A stretch of DNA of 64,000 bases, from assembly GCA_020633825.1 (NCBI GenBank), contig JACKCV010000002.1, positions 139,553 to 203,552 of the forward strand. Reading direction: 5' to 3'. Of this stretch, positions 28,674 to 38,591 are shown one piece after another. The notes below the pieces were generated by a model. It ran no database searches, had not been told where the DNA came from, and saw only the letters and a program-made list of their open reading frames with translations. Position numbers and translations under genes: made by a program. Position 1 is the first letter of the stretch, and the number at the start of each line of letters is the position of its first letter. This DNA is from Fibrobacteria bacterium. Its GTDB lineage: Bacteria; Fibrobacterota; Fibrobacteria; UBA5070.

Positions 28674-29237
28674 TTACTTCTGCTGGATTCCTTCGAACAC
28701 GATGTCGACGACGATTTCCGGGCCGACGACTCCGTCGGGGATCGACGCGCCGATTCCGAAGTCCTTGCGCTGGATCTTCAGGGTGCCCTCGAGGCCCAGG
28801 CGGGTGTTCTTCCAAGGATCCTCGATCGGCCCGCTGACGGTGAAGGGGATGGACACCGTGCGCTTCACCCCGTGCATGGTCAGGTCGCCGGTCATGGTTC
28901 CCTTCCCGTTCTTTCCAACCACCTTCGTGGAGACGAATTCGATCTGGGGAAACTTCGCCGCGTCGAAGAAATCTTCCGCACGAAGGTGCTCGTCGCGCTT
29001 GCTGTTGCGGGTGTTGATCGAGGCGACCTGGATGGTTGCCTTGGCCTCCAGGGAGGAAAGATTCTTGGGATCCCCGGAGAGGGTGATCTGCATGGAGTCG
29101 AAATTGCCGCGCGTGTTCGAGACCAGGAGGTGCCTGGCCGAAAAATCGACGCTGGAATGCGACGCGTCGAAATTCCAGGTCTGGGCGGTGGTGGCGGTTG
29201 CCAGGAACAGGCCGATGGACAGGATCAAGGATTTCAT
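28674..29237 (-). CDS. YceI family periplasmic protein
   Basis: Signal peptide 'MKSLILSIGLFLATATTAQ'; YceI-like 'WNFDASHSSVDFSARHLLVSNTRGNF'. Start trimmed from ORF 28674..29273. Confidence 0.8.
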   Translation of the reverse strand: MKSLILSIGLFLATATTAQTWNFDASHSSVDFSARHLLVSNTRGNFDSMQITLSGDPKNLSSLEAKATIQVASINTRNSKRDEHLRAEDFFDAAKFPQIEFVSTKVVGKNGKGTMTGDLTMHGVKRTVSIPFTVSGPIEDPWKNTRLGLEGTLKIQRKDFGIGASIPDGVVGPEIVVDIVFEGIQQK

Positions 29238-29306
29238 GGGATGCCCTTTGGTGCGATTGAGAAGCATACGCAATAGCGTGAGATGTAAGCTACGCTCCCT
29301 TGGGGC

Positions 29307-29337
29307 AAAAAACCATGTCTATACATGGATTTTTTTT
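29307..29337. terminator. Bidirectional terminator-like element A6-CCATGTCTATACATGG-T8
   Basis: 6-bp inverted repeat flanked by an A run and a T run, so both strands see a hairpin followed by a U run. Confidence 0.45.
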
Positions 29338-29531
29338 CAAGCGGCCACGGGTGATCCAAATTCCCGCCACCGGCAAGGTTTTCCCCGGAAAGGGGGGGGG
29401 GTAGGAATGCGGTCGGGTTTTGGAGTTGCGAAACCGACGGGGGATCCGCAGTCGGGCGGACCAGTTGAAGATGGAGTTTTCCCAGGCCCTGACGGGGGGC
29501 TTGCGACCCCGAGGCGGAGCGGAGCCAGCCT

Positions 29532-30818
29532 CTAGGGGGAGCTGCGCACCTTCCCGCGATTGTCGAAGACGACATGCCCGGATCCGTCGGAGCTTTTCCA
29601 GGTTCCCTGCGAGGTTCCGCCGGTCATCCTGCCTTGGAAACGGAGGGTGTCGCCGGAAGCGCGGATCACACGCAGTTCGATGGTTCCGTCGGTGAAGGGG
29701 GCGTCCGGTTCCAGCGGATGGTCCGGCTGGGCGTCGAGGAATACTTGACGTCCATCGGCCCCATGCAGCCGATGGCTGGTCAATCTCACCAGCCGGTCCC
29801 CTTGGCGATCCACGGGATCGAGGCTCGTTCGGACGAGCACGGTTTCCAGGAGGGTGTCGCGGGACAGGACGCGCACCTTCCGGAAGATCGCGGTATCCCC
29901 CGGGAAGAATGTGGAATCCTGTCGCGACCCGAACACCGCCTGTTCCACCCATGCGTCGCCGTCCCTTTCCAAGCGGGAGCGGAAACGTCGCGGATAGTTC
30001 CGCGATTCCTCGCGGAAAGCCTGGATCACACTGGATTCGGTCCGGATGCCGCCGGTTCCCAGAACCTGCCTCCGGTCCAGGGTGACCAATCCGGAGTCGG
30101 TCGGATGGGTGTAGATCGGGCCGGATGTGTCGGGCCAGGGGAGGACGGACCACCGGTCGAGGGTGTCGCCGTTTTCCCGAACGACCATGCGACTTCCGCT
30201 CCACAGCCCGTTGTCCGCTCCTGCCGCGTAGGACGAGTCGGGCCCGCCGTCGATGACGAGGTTGGTGGTGGTGACCAATCCTCCGAGGCGTTCCTTCCGG
30301 AGGATCCGGATCGGCAATCGGCTGCCGAGCAACGGGAATCCGGTCAGGGTGGTATCCGCCGGACGGTAGGTTTCGCGGACGCCCACGAGCCCCAAGGGGC
30401 CGGTGGAATCCTTGACCAGGATCCGGACGAGGGAGTCGGCCGGGCGGATCACGAGGGAGTCGTATTTCCTCCCTCCTTCTTCGGGGCATTCCACGGAGAA
30501 GATCACCGCCCAATCCCCGGAAAGGGTGGTGGTGGATTCCGGACGGCACTCCAGGAGCACCCGGCGAGCGGCTGCGGGTGCGGCCGACGCGATGTCCGAG
30601 TTGGTCCCCGAAATGGTGCCGGGAGAGGCGTTTTCCAGGGCGTTCCAGGATCGACTCGAATCGAGGCTTTCCACCAGGGCCGCTCCGAGGGCCTCCAGGC
30701 TGTTGGGGAAATCCTCGCCGCCGGCCGTGCGTTCCCCGGAGGAGCTTCCGCAGGAGGCGAGCCAAGGTGCGAGGGAGAGGCCGAGGGCCAGGAGCAGGAT
30801 TCTGGGGGTTGCCTTCAT
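29532..30818 (-). CDS. Lipoprotein, hypothetical (428 aa)
   Basis: 'MKATPRILLLALGLSLAPWLASC' lipobox; GGGAGG RBS. Start trimmed from ORF 29532..31601. Confidence 0.6.
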   Translation of the reverse strand: MKATPRILLLALGLSLAPWLASCGSSSGERTAGGEDFPNSLEALGAALVESLDSSRSWNALENASPGTISGTNSDIASAAPAAARRVLLECRPESTTTLSGDWAVIFSVECPEEGGRKYDSLVIRPADSLVRILVKDSTGPLGLVGVRETYRPADTTLTGFPLLGSRLPIRILRKERLGGLVTTTNLVIDGGPDSSYAAGADNGLWSGSRMVVRENGDTLDRWSVLPWPDTSGPIYTHPTDSGLVTLDRRQVLGTGGIRTESSVIQAFREESRNYPRRFRSRLERDGDAWVEQAVFGSRQDSTFFPGDTAIFRKVRVLSRDTLLETVLVRTSLDPVDRQGDRLVRLTSHRLHGADGRQVFLDAQPDHPLEPDAPFTDGTIELRVIRASGDTLRFQGRMTGGTSQGTWKSSDGSGHVVFDNRGKVRSSP

Positions 30819-31654
30819 GCTTTCCTCCCGGGATCGTTGGAGCGCGACCGGGGGAAGAACTGCAGGGAGAGCTGCATCACGCGGTCGGGGGATCGGTCCT
30901 CCTTGAGCAGACGGAAGACCTCTTCCCGGAAACTGTCGATCTTGTCGCGGATCTGGCGCTGGGTGGACTCGGAGACCGTGAGAAGGATGGAGGAGATGTG
31001 CCTCTGGTCCGGGCGGAACCTGCCGATCGCTTCCCCGGCATGGTCGATCCAGGTCCGGTTCAGGTTCCTGACGAGTTCCCCGAGGTGGGGGGGCGGTTCG
31101 ACGAAGGTGTCCACGACTTCCCGGCCCCTGTGGGGATCGTCGCGGACGAGGCCCCATTGGACGAGGTCCTGGATCATCTTCGACACCTGGTGGGGAGGCA
31201 GCGGCGGATCGAGGAACGCGCCGACCTCGGCCGGTTCGCTGCGCGAGGGGAGGCATTGGAGGGCCGCTCGCAACAAGGGGTAGCGATAGTCCTGGTAGTA
31301 CCTGGAGTGGGCGGGATTCATGCGGGTGAACGTGGAACGGTTCCTGCGGGTCAGAATTTGTCTGTAGCAGTCCTCGCGCTCCGACAGGGATCGGGTCTGG
31401 CCGAACCGGACCAGGAGACGGAAGTATTCCGCCTCCTTGGGACGCAGCCCGAATCCGGCGATCATCTTCTCCATGGCGACCTGGGAAAGCTTGCGCCTCC
31501 CCTTGATCACGTCCCCGAGGAACCCGGGGTTGGTGAGTCCGGCATCGCGCGCGAAGGCCCTGGTGCTGTACCTGCGGTTCCTCGAGAGCTTCTCCTCCCA
31601 CAGGTGCGCCAGAAGCTTGCGGAAGTCGTCATGTTCGTAGATGTCCAGCGCCAT
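30815..31654 (-). CDS. TIGR02147-like protein (Fibrobacter-type paralogous family, putative HTH)
   Basis: 'YEHDDFRKLLAHLWEEKLSRNRRYSTRAFARDAGLTNPGFLGDVIKGRRKLS...YFRLLVRFGQT' resembles the TIGR02147 N-terminal signature (from memory). Confidence 0.5.
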   Translation of the reverse strand: MALDIYEHDDFRKLLAHLWEEKLSRNRRYSTRAFARDAGLTNPGFLGDVIKGRRKLSQVAMEKMIAGFGLRPKEAEYFRLLVRFGQTRSLSEREDCYRQILTRRNRSTFTRMNPAHSRYYQDYRYPLLRAALQCLPSRSEPAEVGAFLDPPLPPHQVSKMIQDLVQWGLVRDDPHRGREVVDTFVEPPPHLGELVRNLNRTWIDHAGEAIGRFRPDQRHISSILLTVSESTQRQIRDKIDSFREEVFRLLKEDRSPDRVMQLSLQFFPRSRSNDPGRKA

Positions 31655-32006
31655 GTCGACCTCCTTTCGTTCCTGCGGGGTCTCCTGGAGGAGCCCTTCC
31701 CAAGGGAATCTACATCGGAAAGACTGAAAGTGGGGAAAAGTGATTACATAAATCGCGAATGAATGCGTGGTATTTGCGTGAAATCAGGTGTGGTGTTGTG
31801 CAGGTGAAATCAGTAGTTACAATATCTGGTTACATGTCTGCGGGATCTCATCCCGTGGGAATTCGGTGGGGTCCCCCATTGCCTGGAGCCGGAACCCGCT
31901 CGACGGGGGCGGAGCCGGAAGGGGAGCGGAGACTCCTGAAACGCAAAACGGAACGCCCGTGGTCAGCCGAGCGCTCCGTTGCGGTCCACGACGAGGCGAA
32001 CTTTCC

Positions 32007-32669
32007 CTAGTTGGAATCGATCACCCAGTTGATCGAGGCTCCCCAGAGGAAACTGGAGGCCTTCTGGGGGTCGCTGACCGACAGCAGACCATCCGATCCA
32101 TCCGAAGGCGTGCCGATGCGGATGTTGCCCGCCAAGCCGAGGGAGCGGGTGAGGGGTTGGCTGACCCGGACATCGAAACGATCGGAGTACCCGAAACTCA
32201 CAGGGGACCATGACGCGGAAACCACGGTCTGCCGGGGGAGGATCTTGATTCCGATCAGGCTCCCGAGGCCCACCTTCATGTCGAAGGCGGTCTCCCCATC
32301 CGAGTTGGAATTGGAAAGGACCTTCCCGGAATCCATGGCCACGAACACGTCGTATCCGAAGGACAGCCCGAGGCCGGCGACGAGTCGCTCGCTGACAAAG
32401 AGGGTCCAGGGGGTGGCGACGTCGGCGTACAGGAAGATGTTGGAGTCCCACCAGCCGAATCCCAGGTTTCCGTCGAGGCCGGCGAAGTTCCCGATCAGGG
32501 TCTGCTTGCCTTCATCGTAGACGCTCATGGTGAAATCGAGACTCGGGGCGGTGGAATTCCCCCAGTCGGCGTACTTGATCCCGAGTTCCTTGAGGGCGAT
32601 GGGCCCCGATTGGGCGAAGCCGGAGGTGGAGGCGAGGAGGAGCAGGGTGGAAAGGATGCGGGTGTTCAC
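32007..32669 (-). CDS. Outer-membrane beta-barrel-like protein (signal peptide + amphipathic beta strands)
   Basis: 'MNTRILSTLLLLASTSGFAQ' signal; alternating hydrophobic pattern; GTG start overlaps the upstream stop (GTGA). Confidence 0.5.
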   Translation of the reverse strand: MNTRILSTLLLLASTSGFAQSGPIALKELGIKYADWGNSTAPSLDFTMSVYDEGKQTLIGNFAGLDGNLGFGWWDSNIFLYADVATPWTLFVSERLVAGLGLSFGYDVFVAMDSGKVLSNSNSDGETAFDMKVGLGSLIGIKILPRQTVVSASWSPVSFGYSDRFDVRVSQPLTRSLGLAGNIRIGTPSDGSDGLLSVSDPQKASSFLWGASINWVIDSN

Positions 32670-33563
32670 AGGCGCGCTCCCACGGTGAAGAAGGTCTGGG
32701 TCCCGGCATAGTCGTCGTACTTGTCATCGAAGGTGGACGTGAATCCGAAGCCGCCTCGGAGGAAAGCGCGATTGCCGAGATTCAGGGTGGGTTGCACCTC
32801 GAGATTCCAACCGGCGAATCCGATGGTGGCCGAGGTTTCCACGAATGCGAGGGCATGGATCGGCGCCATCAGCCCCAGTCCGAATCCCAGCAGCGTGGGA
32901 TATCCCAGATTCGTGTTGATGTTCACGAGCCAGGGGCTTTCGTCGTCTCCGTAGTCGAGGTTGATGCCGAGGTCGAACCGGACCCGATCCTCCGTCGCAT
33001 CGACGTTGAGGGTCCAGGGATCTCCTGCGTCCGCCGCCTGGTAGGTGACCGTGCGCCCGGTGCGGTTGGCCTCCTGCTGGGCGGCTGCTCCCTGCGCACC
33101 TCCGGCGATCACGGCGGCCAGGTATCCCGAACCTTCGCGATAGTGGAAACCGAAGTTGGATTCCGAGCCCAGCACGCGGACGTAGCCGATCTCGCAGAAG
33201 GTCCGCCCGTAGATCTTCGTCCCGGTCGGGCGTTGCATGATCTTGTAGAAGACGGGGGTGGAGGGCTCCTTCTTGGGTTCGGCCTTGGCGACCACGGGGG
33301 GGAGGTGGAGGGGGCGGCTCGTCCACCGCAGCGGGGGCAAGGGGCGCCTGGTCCGGCTCCGGTGTCTCCGCGGGATCGCTCTCTGTGGTCGCAGGTGGAG
33401 AAGCTGCCTCCGCTTCCGGGGTGGGCGCCTCCTCGGTCACCCCGGTCGGGGAATCCGCGGCGGAGGCGGTTTCCGGGGACGGCGGCTCCGCGATTTCCTG
33501 GGCCATGGGGGAGGCGGCTCCGATCAAGCCGCTGGCAAGACAAAGAGTGAGTGTTTTTCTCAT
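32666..33563 (-). pseudogene. OMP-like paralog split by a +1 frameshift at a C7/G7 homopolymer (signal peptide + P/E/A/T linker in one frame, beta-barrel part in the next)
   Basis: ORFs 32724..33581 and 32666..33340 meet at 'ccacgggggggagg' (~33294-33300); removing one G/C fuses them into one secreted protein. Confidence 0.5.
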
Positions 33564-33688
33564 TCCCAAATAATTGACCACAAAAACATCGTTGTCAATC
33601 AGAAAACTGGAAACCGAAGTTCAAGTTTCCGTCCTCAAGCCTTTGAGCAAGGTGGATTCAGGAAACTCAAAGATTGACCCCGGTTTCC

Positions 33689-34075
33689 TCAGGCCGGAAA
33701 AGCTGCGATGGCATCGATCTCGATGCGGCTCCCGCGTGGGAGCGCGGACACCTGGATCGTGGAACGCGCGGGTGCCGGAGAATTCGAAAAGTGTCGCGCG
33801 TAGACTTCGTTCACCGCGGCGAATTCCGCCAGATCCACCAGGTAGATGGTGGTTCGGACCACGTGGCCGAGGTCGAGGCCGGCTTCGGCCAGGACCGCGC
33901 GAAGATTGGCCAGGACCCTTTCCGCCTGCTCGGCGGCGGAGGTGCCCACGATCTCTCCGGTTCCTGGATCGAGGGGAATCTGGCCACTGAGGAAGAGCCA
34001 GTCTCCCGCTCGAACCGCTTGGCTGTAGGGGCCGATGGGAGCAGGTGCCTGCGGGGAAAGAACGGCTTCAAACAT
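33689..34075 (-). CDS. ridA: RidA/YjgF family reactive-intermediate deaminase
   Basis: 'PAPIGPYSQAVRAGDWLFLSGQIPLDP' and C-terminal 'PRGSRIEIDAIA'. Confidence 0.85.
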   Translation of the reverse strand: MFEAVLSPQAPAPIGPYSQAVRAGDWLFLSGQIPLDPGTGEIVGTSAAEQAERVLANLRAVLAEAGLDLGHVVRTTIYLVDLAEFAAVNEVYARHFSNSPAPARSTIQVSALPRGSRIEIDAIAAFPA

Positions 34076-34126
34076 TTTGGACCTCCTGATCGTGAATTTT
34101 CCAGACTGAAAGTTATCCTTGTGGAT

Positions 34127-35524
34127 ATGGAACTCCGACGTACCAAGATCCTTGCCACCATCGGTCCTGCCTCCGACTCCCCTGAGATGCTGCGACAGTT
34201 ATTTCAAACGGGTGTCACGGCTTGCCGCCTGAATTTCTCACACGGAACCCATGGGGATCACGCCGCGCGCATCGCCAAGATTCGCCAGGTCGCCGACGAA
34301 ATGGGGATCGCGGTTCCCATCGTGATGGACCTCTGCGGCCCCAAGGTGCGCACCGACACCAAGACCTACGATCTCGTGGTCGGGGACACCTGGCGACTGG
34401 TCCCCATCGAAGGCGACCCCTCCCAGGGGAAGATCGGAATCAGTCATCCGACCCTCGCCAAACTGGTTCCTCCGGGGCAACCCATCGTCCTGGACGATGG
34501 ACATCTCGAGCTGGTCGTCACCGCGATCGAAGGCGACGACATCGTCTGCAAGGTCGTCACCGGTGGGCATCTGAAGTCGCGGAAATCCGTGAACACCCCC
34601 GATTGCGACAACGGGCTCGACGTCCTCTCCGAGAAGGACAAGAAGGACCTCATCTTCGGGCGCGACCAGGGCCTGGACTGGGTCGCCGTCTCCTTCGTCC
34701 GCCACGGCGCCGACATCCAGAGCGTCCGCGAGCATCTGGCCAGCATCGGATGGCCCGACCCCCCCATCATCGCCAAGATCGAAACCCCTCTCGCCGTGCA
34801 GGCCCTCGACGACATCGTCCGTCTTTCCGACGGCATCATGGTGGCGCGCGGCGACCTCGGGATCGAATGCCCCATCGAGAGCGTCCCGATCCTGCAGAAG
34901 CGTGCCGTGCGTCTCGCCCATCGCGCCGCCAAGCTTTGCGTGGTCGCGACCCAGATGCTCGACTCCATGGAGCGCAATCCCCGTCCCACCCGCGCCGAGG
35001 CCTCCGACGTCGCCAACGCCGTGTTCGAAGGAGCCCAGGTGGTGATGCTCTCCGGGGAGACCGCCGGTGGCCAGCACCCTCTCGCCGCCGTCCAGACCAT
35101 GGACCGGATCCTGCGCGGCGCGGAGGCGGTGACAGACACCCCGCCCACCCTTCCCGAGATCTCCAACCAGACCATGGAGATCGTGGCGGGTTCCGTCCGG
35201 CTGTCCGAACACACCAAGGCCCCCTGCATCGCCATTTTCTGTCATACCATGGAGATCGCCCGCCAGATCGCCGGGTTCCATTGCGGCGCCCACGTCATCG
35301 CGGCCTGCTTCGACGAACAGATCTACCGGCAGGTGAGCCTGTTCTACGGGATCATCCCCTTCCGGCTCCCCCGGACGAACAGCATCGACGAGGCCATCAC
35401 GCGGGTGCTCGACGAGATCCAGGAACGCAACCTCGGCGCCGCCGGGGATCGCATCGTGTTCATGTACAGCCAGCCCTTCGGGACGCGGTTGCACAACACG
35501 ATCCGACTCGTGCAGATGCCCTAG
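34127..35524 (+). CDS. pyk: Pyruvate kinase
   Basis: 'MELRRTKILATIGPAS', 'NFSHG', 'IIAKIETPLAV', 'MVARGDLGIE'. Internal start in ORF 33674..35524. Confidence 0.9.
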   Translation: MELRRTKILATIGPASDSPEMLRQLFQTGVTACRLNFSHGTHGDHAARIAKIRQVADEMGIAVPIVMDLCGPKVRTDTKTYDLVVGDTWRLVPIEGDPSQGKIGISHPTLAKLVPPGQPIVLDDGHLELVVTAIEGDDIVCKVVTGGHLKSRKSVNTPDCDNGLDVLSEKDKKDLIFGRDQGLDWVAVSFVRHGADIQSVREHLASIGWPDPPIIAKIETPLAVQALDDIVRLSDGIMVARGDLGIECPIESVPILQKRAVRLAHRAAKLCVVATQMLDSMERNPRPTRAEASDVANAVFEGAQVVMLSGETAGGQHPLAAVQTMDRILRGAEAVTDTPPTLPEISNQTMEIVAGSVRLSEHTKAPCIAIFCHTMEIARQIAGFHCGAHVIAACFDEQIYRQVSLFYGIIPFRLPRTNSIDEAITRVLDEIQERNLGAAGDRIVFMYSQPFGTRLHNTIRLVQMP

Positions 35525-35683
35525 CATCGTCGAAGGGGAAATCCGGTCCTCGCGATCCCTGCCATCCCATGACGGATGGCGGGGATTTTTCGTTTGTGTT
35601 CCAGCTGTGACAATTTGCTTAACTTTGCAGTGCGGGAGATGCACCCCACGCGTCGCCCGGGACTCACCAACCTGGAAAAGAAG

Positions 35684-37189
35684 ATGAAACATTTCCTGCT
35701 CCCCATCGGCCTCGCGGCAAGCATCCTCTCGGCAGCCGAGCCGACCACTCCTTCCCTTGAGAACACGGTCGGCATCGGAGCTGGTGTTGGTGGTCAGATC
35801 TACAACGGCACGTTCGGGGAGGGAACCACCCTGACCGCGCGCGGGCTGGTCCGATACCATCCCCTGGAGTGGCTCGGGGCGAGGCTCGCGTGGGAGTACG
35901 GAAACCTGTCCAACGGGCAGGAATACTCCACCCAGGATCTGTCCCAGGTGTCCCTGGACCTCGTCCTCCAGCCGCAGGGGCGTTCGATGGGCGGATTCCG
36001 TCCCTACCTCGCTTCGGGCGTGTCCTACATGTTCGGCACCTCCACCTTGGAGAACGCACGGGGCGAAGCCGTGCAGAACAAGGATCTCACCGGGAACCTT
36101 TCGATCCCCGTCGAACTCGGGGCCGAGTTCCTCATCGACGAGAACTGGTCGATCTGGGGCTACGCCGCCTCCTACATCCACGCCCAGGAATGGGATCGAC
36201 TGGATGGAGAGCGCAGCGGGGAGGGGTACTTCGAGAATCGGGACGATGTGTACAGGGTGGGACTGGGTGCCACGTTCCGGTTCGGCATCCGCCTCGACGA
36301 GGATGGGGACATGGTCGTCGACGGACTCGACAAATGTCCCGGTACCCCCGCGAAGGTGAAGGTCGATCTGCAAGGGTGCCCGGTGGACAACGATTCGGAC
36401 CGGGTGCCCGATTACATGGACAAGTGCCCCGGTACTCCCAAGGCTTCCAATGTCGATTCCCTGGGGTGCCCGCTCGATGCCGACAAGGATGGGGTCGCCG
36501 ATTACGTCGATGTCTGTCCCAAGACCCCGACGGGCGTTCTGGTGGACTCCCGCGGGTGCCCGCTGGACGCCGACAAGGATGGGGTTCCCGATTTCCAGGA
36601 CAAATGCGGTTCCACCCCCGCCGGAGTGAAGGTCGATGCCCGAGGCTGCCCCGCGGACCTGGACAAGGATGGGGTCACCGACGACAAGGATGCTTGCCTC
36701 GGAACTCGTCCGGGGGTGAAAGTCGATGCCAAAGGCTGTCCCCTCGACCAGGACAAGGATGGCGTGGTCGACGATCAGGACAAGTGCCCCGGCACGAAAG
36801 CGGGGGAAAAGGTCGATTCCGTCGGATGCCCGCTCCTGGTGATCGAAAAAGGCGCTCGCCTGACCCTCGATGGGATCGTGTTCAAGACCGGTTCCGCCGA
36901 AATCGACAGTGTGAGCTTCCCCACGCTCGGTCGTGCCGCCGAAGCCCTGGCCAAGGCCCCGACGGTGGTCGTGGAGATCGCCGGATTCACCGACAATGTC
37001 GGCAAGGATGCCGCCAATCGCAATCTGTCGCGCCAGAGGGCCGAGGCGGTTCGGACCTATCTCGTCAAGCTCGGGGCCCCCAAGAAGTCCCTGACCGCCA
37101 AGGGGTACGGGGCGGCCGAGCCGGTCGCGGACAATGGCACGGAAGCTGGTCGAGCCCAGAACCGCCGGATCGAATTCCGCGTCAAGTAA
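35684..37189 (+). CDS. OmpA-family protein: N-terminal beta-barrel, thrombospondin type-3 (Ca-binding) repeats, C-terminal OmpA/MotB domain
   Basis: Signal 'MKHFLLPIGLAASILSA'; repeated 'DxDKDGVxDxxDKCPGT'; C-terminus 'VVEIAGFTDNVG...NRRIEFRV'. Confidence 0.85.
   Translation: MKHFLLPIGLAASILSAAEPTTPSLENTVGIGAGVGGQIYNGTFGEGTTLTARGLVRYHPLEWLGARLAWEYGNLSNGQEYSTQDLSQVSLDLVLQPQGRSMGGFRPYLASGVSYMFGTSTLENARGEAVQNKDLTGNLSIPVELGAEFLIDENWSIWGYAASYIHAQEWDRLDGERSGEGYFENRDDVYRVGLGATFRFGIRLDEDGDMVVDGLDKCPGTPAKVKVDLQGCPVDNDSDRVPDYMDKCPGTPKASNVDSLGCPLDADKDGVADYVDVCPKTPTGVLVDSRGCPLDADKDGVPDFQDKCGSTPAGVKVDARGCPADLDKDGVTDDKDACLGTRPGVKVDAKGCPLDQDKDGVVDDQDKCPGTKAGEKVDSVGCPLLVIEKGARLTLDGIVFKTGSAEIDSVSFPTLGRAAEALAKAPTVVVEIAGFTDNVGKDAANRNLSRQRAEAVRTYLVKLGAPKKSLTAKGYGAAEPVADNGTEAGRAQNRRIEFRVK
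36330..36820 (+). repeat. ~69-bp tandem repeats (x~7) encoding TSP3 units within the ompA-family gene
   Basis: Recurrent 'ggctgccc..gacaaggatggggt...gac..gtgccc' units visible at DNA level. Confidence 0.7.
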
Positions 37190-37325
37190 CGGTCGCCCCG
37201 TGCTGGTCGACTCCGCGCCGGATCCCGCTGAAACGCCTGTCGAGGGTGGCCTTTTCGCCGCCCCCATCGATGGGGCGGTCGTCAGACTCCTCCATGCGGC
37301 CTTCCTGCTGCGCGGGGGGGAGGCG

Positions 37326-38591
37326 ATGGCTCGCGAATTCTGGTCCGGCCATCCCCTCGACACCCCGGATGGATCCGTTCTGACGGGTGCGTCCCTGCAC
37401 GAGAGGGTCTGGTCCGAGGCGAGTCGATACCCCTGCGATTGGATCGTCCGTGTCCTGGATTCCATCGAATCCTTCTGCCTTCGCCATGGGATCGGTCATT
37501 TGGAATGGATCCGGCAGACACTCGTGGAAGTCCACGACGGATGCCTGCTTTCGTCCAAGTCCTGCCTCAGGATGGTGGGAAGACACCTCGGCGAATTCCT
37601 CGGAGGGGAAGATCTGCACGACACCCTCCTGCGGCTGTTGCACTCCGAGACGCGCGGGAGCGGGATCGAATTGCGCCTGGTTCGTCGCGACGATTCGTCC
37701 GAGAAGCGAGGAGCCTGGATCCAAGCCCGGTTCACCGGATCCTGCGGTGAAATCAAATCCAGTGCCGTGGCTTCCTGGCTCGCCATGGTGCTGGAAGTCC
37801 TCCCCAGGAGGTTCGGTGGCGCCAGTTTCGACAGCGTTCGAATCCTGGCGGACACCCGCTCCATGATCGATGCGCTCACCTGGTCCGGGCGTTTGCCCGA
37901 TGTGCGGAAATCCGGCGGCAAGTGGATCGGCCCCAAAGGAATCCTCTCCGAATCCGTGGAGACAGCCCAGTGGGCACGCGGAATCGGTCTGCCGGAAATC
38001 GTCGAGGATTGCGAGGCCTCCGGAAATGCCGACCAGGTCCTGCAGGATTGGAGGTGTTCCCAGCGGAAACGCAAGATCCTGTCGACGGGATCCCTGCTGG
38101 GCGCTCCCTGGTGCTTGTTCCGCGTGGAATGGACTCGGGAGCCTTCCGCTCTCGCCGCGTCCTTGGGGCATCTGATCCGCGAGGTCACGGAGGATCGGTT
38201 GAACGAGTCCTGGATGCGCGCCGAGGCCTTGCACGAAAAGATGATCGCGGCCGATCGACACCGGTTGGAGTTCGTGTACCACCTCGGGGACGAGACCATC
38301 TCCTGCAATGGAAATCACCTGCTGCGCGGTGTTCCCGCGAAGATCCTGCAGAAGGTGCTGATCGCGCATACCGTCACAGGGCGCACGCTCTTCGAGCACC
38401 GGGAGTTCCGGCGCGACCCGGATTTGAACCTGGATCCAGCCAACCCCAACCTGGAAAGTCGACTGCGGTTGCTTTCGCAGAGGCTCGAAGATCGATTGCC
38501 CGGCTTCCGGCTATGCAAGGCGGGACGCGGGAAGTTTCAAATTGAAACGGATGTCGGGTTGGCGTACATGGAAGACGTCCCCATTACTTAA
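37326..38591 (+). CDS. Hypothetical protein (~420 aa)
   Basis: Co-directional after the OmpA-family gene; start guessed at 'MAREFW'. No recognisable motif. Confidence 0.4.
   Translation: MAREFWSGHPLDTPDGSVLTGASLHERVWSEASRYPCDWIVRVLDSIESFCLRHGIGHLEWIRQTLVEVHDGCLLSSKSCLRMVGRHLGEFLGGEDLHDTLLRLLHSETRGSGIELRLVRRDDSSEKRGAWIQARFTGSCGEIKSSAVASWLAMVLEVLPRRFGGASFDSVRILADTRSMIDALTWSGRLPDVRKSGGKWIGPKGILSESVETAQWARGIGLPEIVEDCEASGNADQVLQDWRCSQRKRKILSTGSLLGAPWCLFRVEWTREPSALAASLGHLIREVTEDRLNESWMRAEALHEKMIAADRHRLEFVYHLGDETISCNGNHLLRGVPAKILQKVLIAHTVTGRTLFEHREFRRDPDLNLDPANPNLESRLRLLSQRLEDRLPGFRLCKAGRGKFQIETDVGLAYMEDVPIT

Noticed and set aside
36330-36820. Possible CRISPR-like array suggested by regularly spaced direct repeats
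   Set aside because: The repeats are in-frame coding units (TSP3 Ca-binding repeats) with no spacer/repeat dichotomy and no cas genes nearby.
34238-37465. 1075-aa minus-strand ORF across the pyk and ompA region
   Set aside because: Antisense to pyruvate kinase and the OmpA-family gene, both with strong motifs; composition G/R/D/P-rich.
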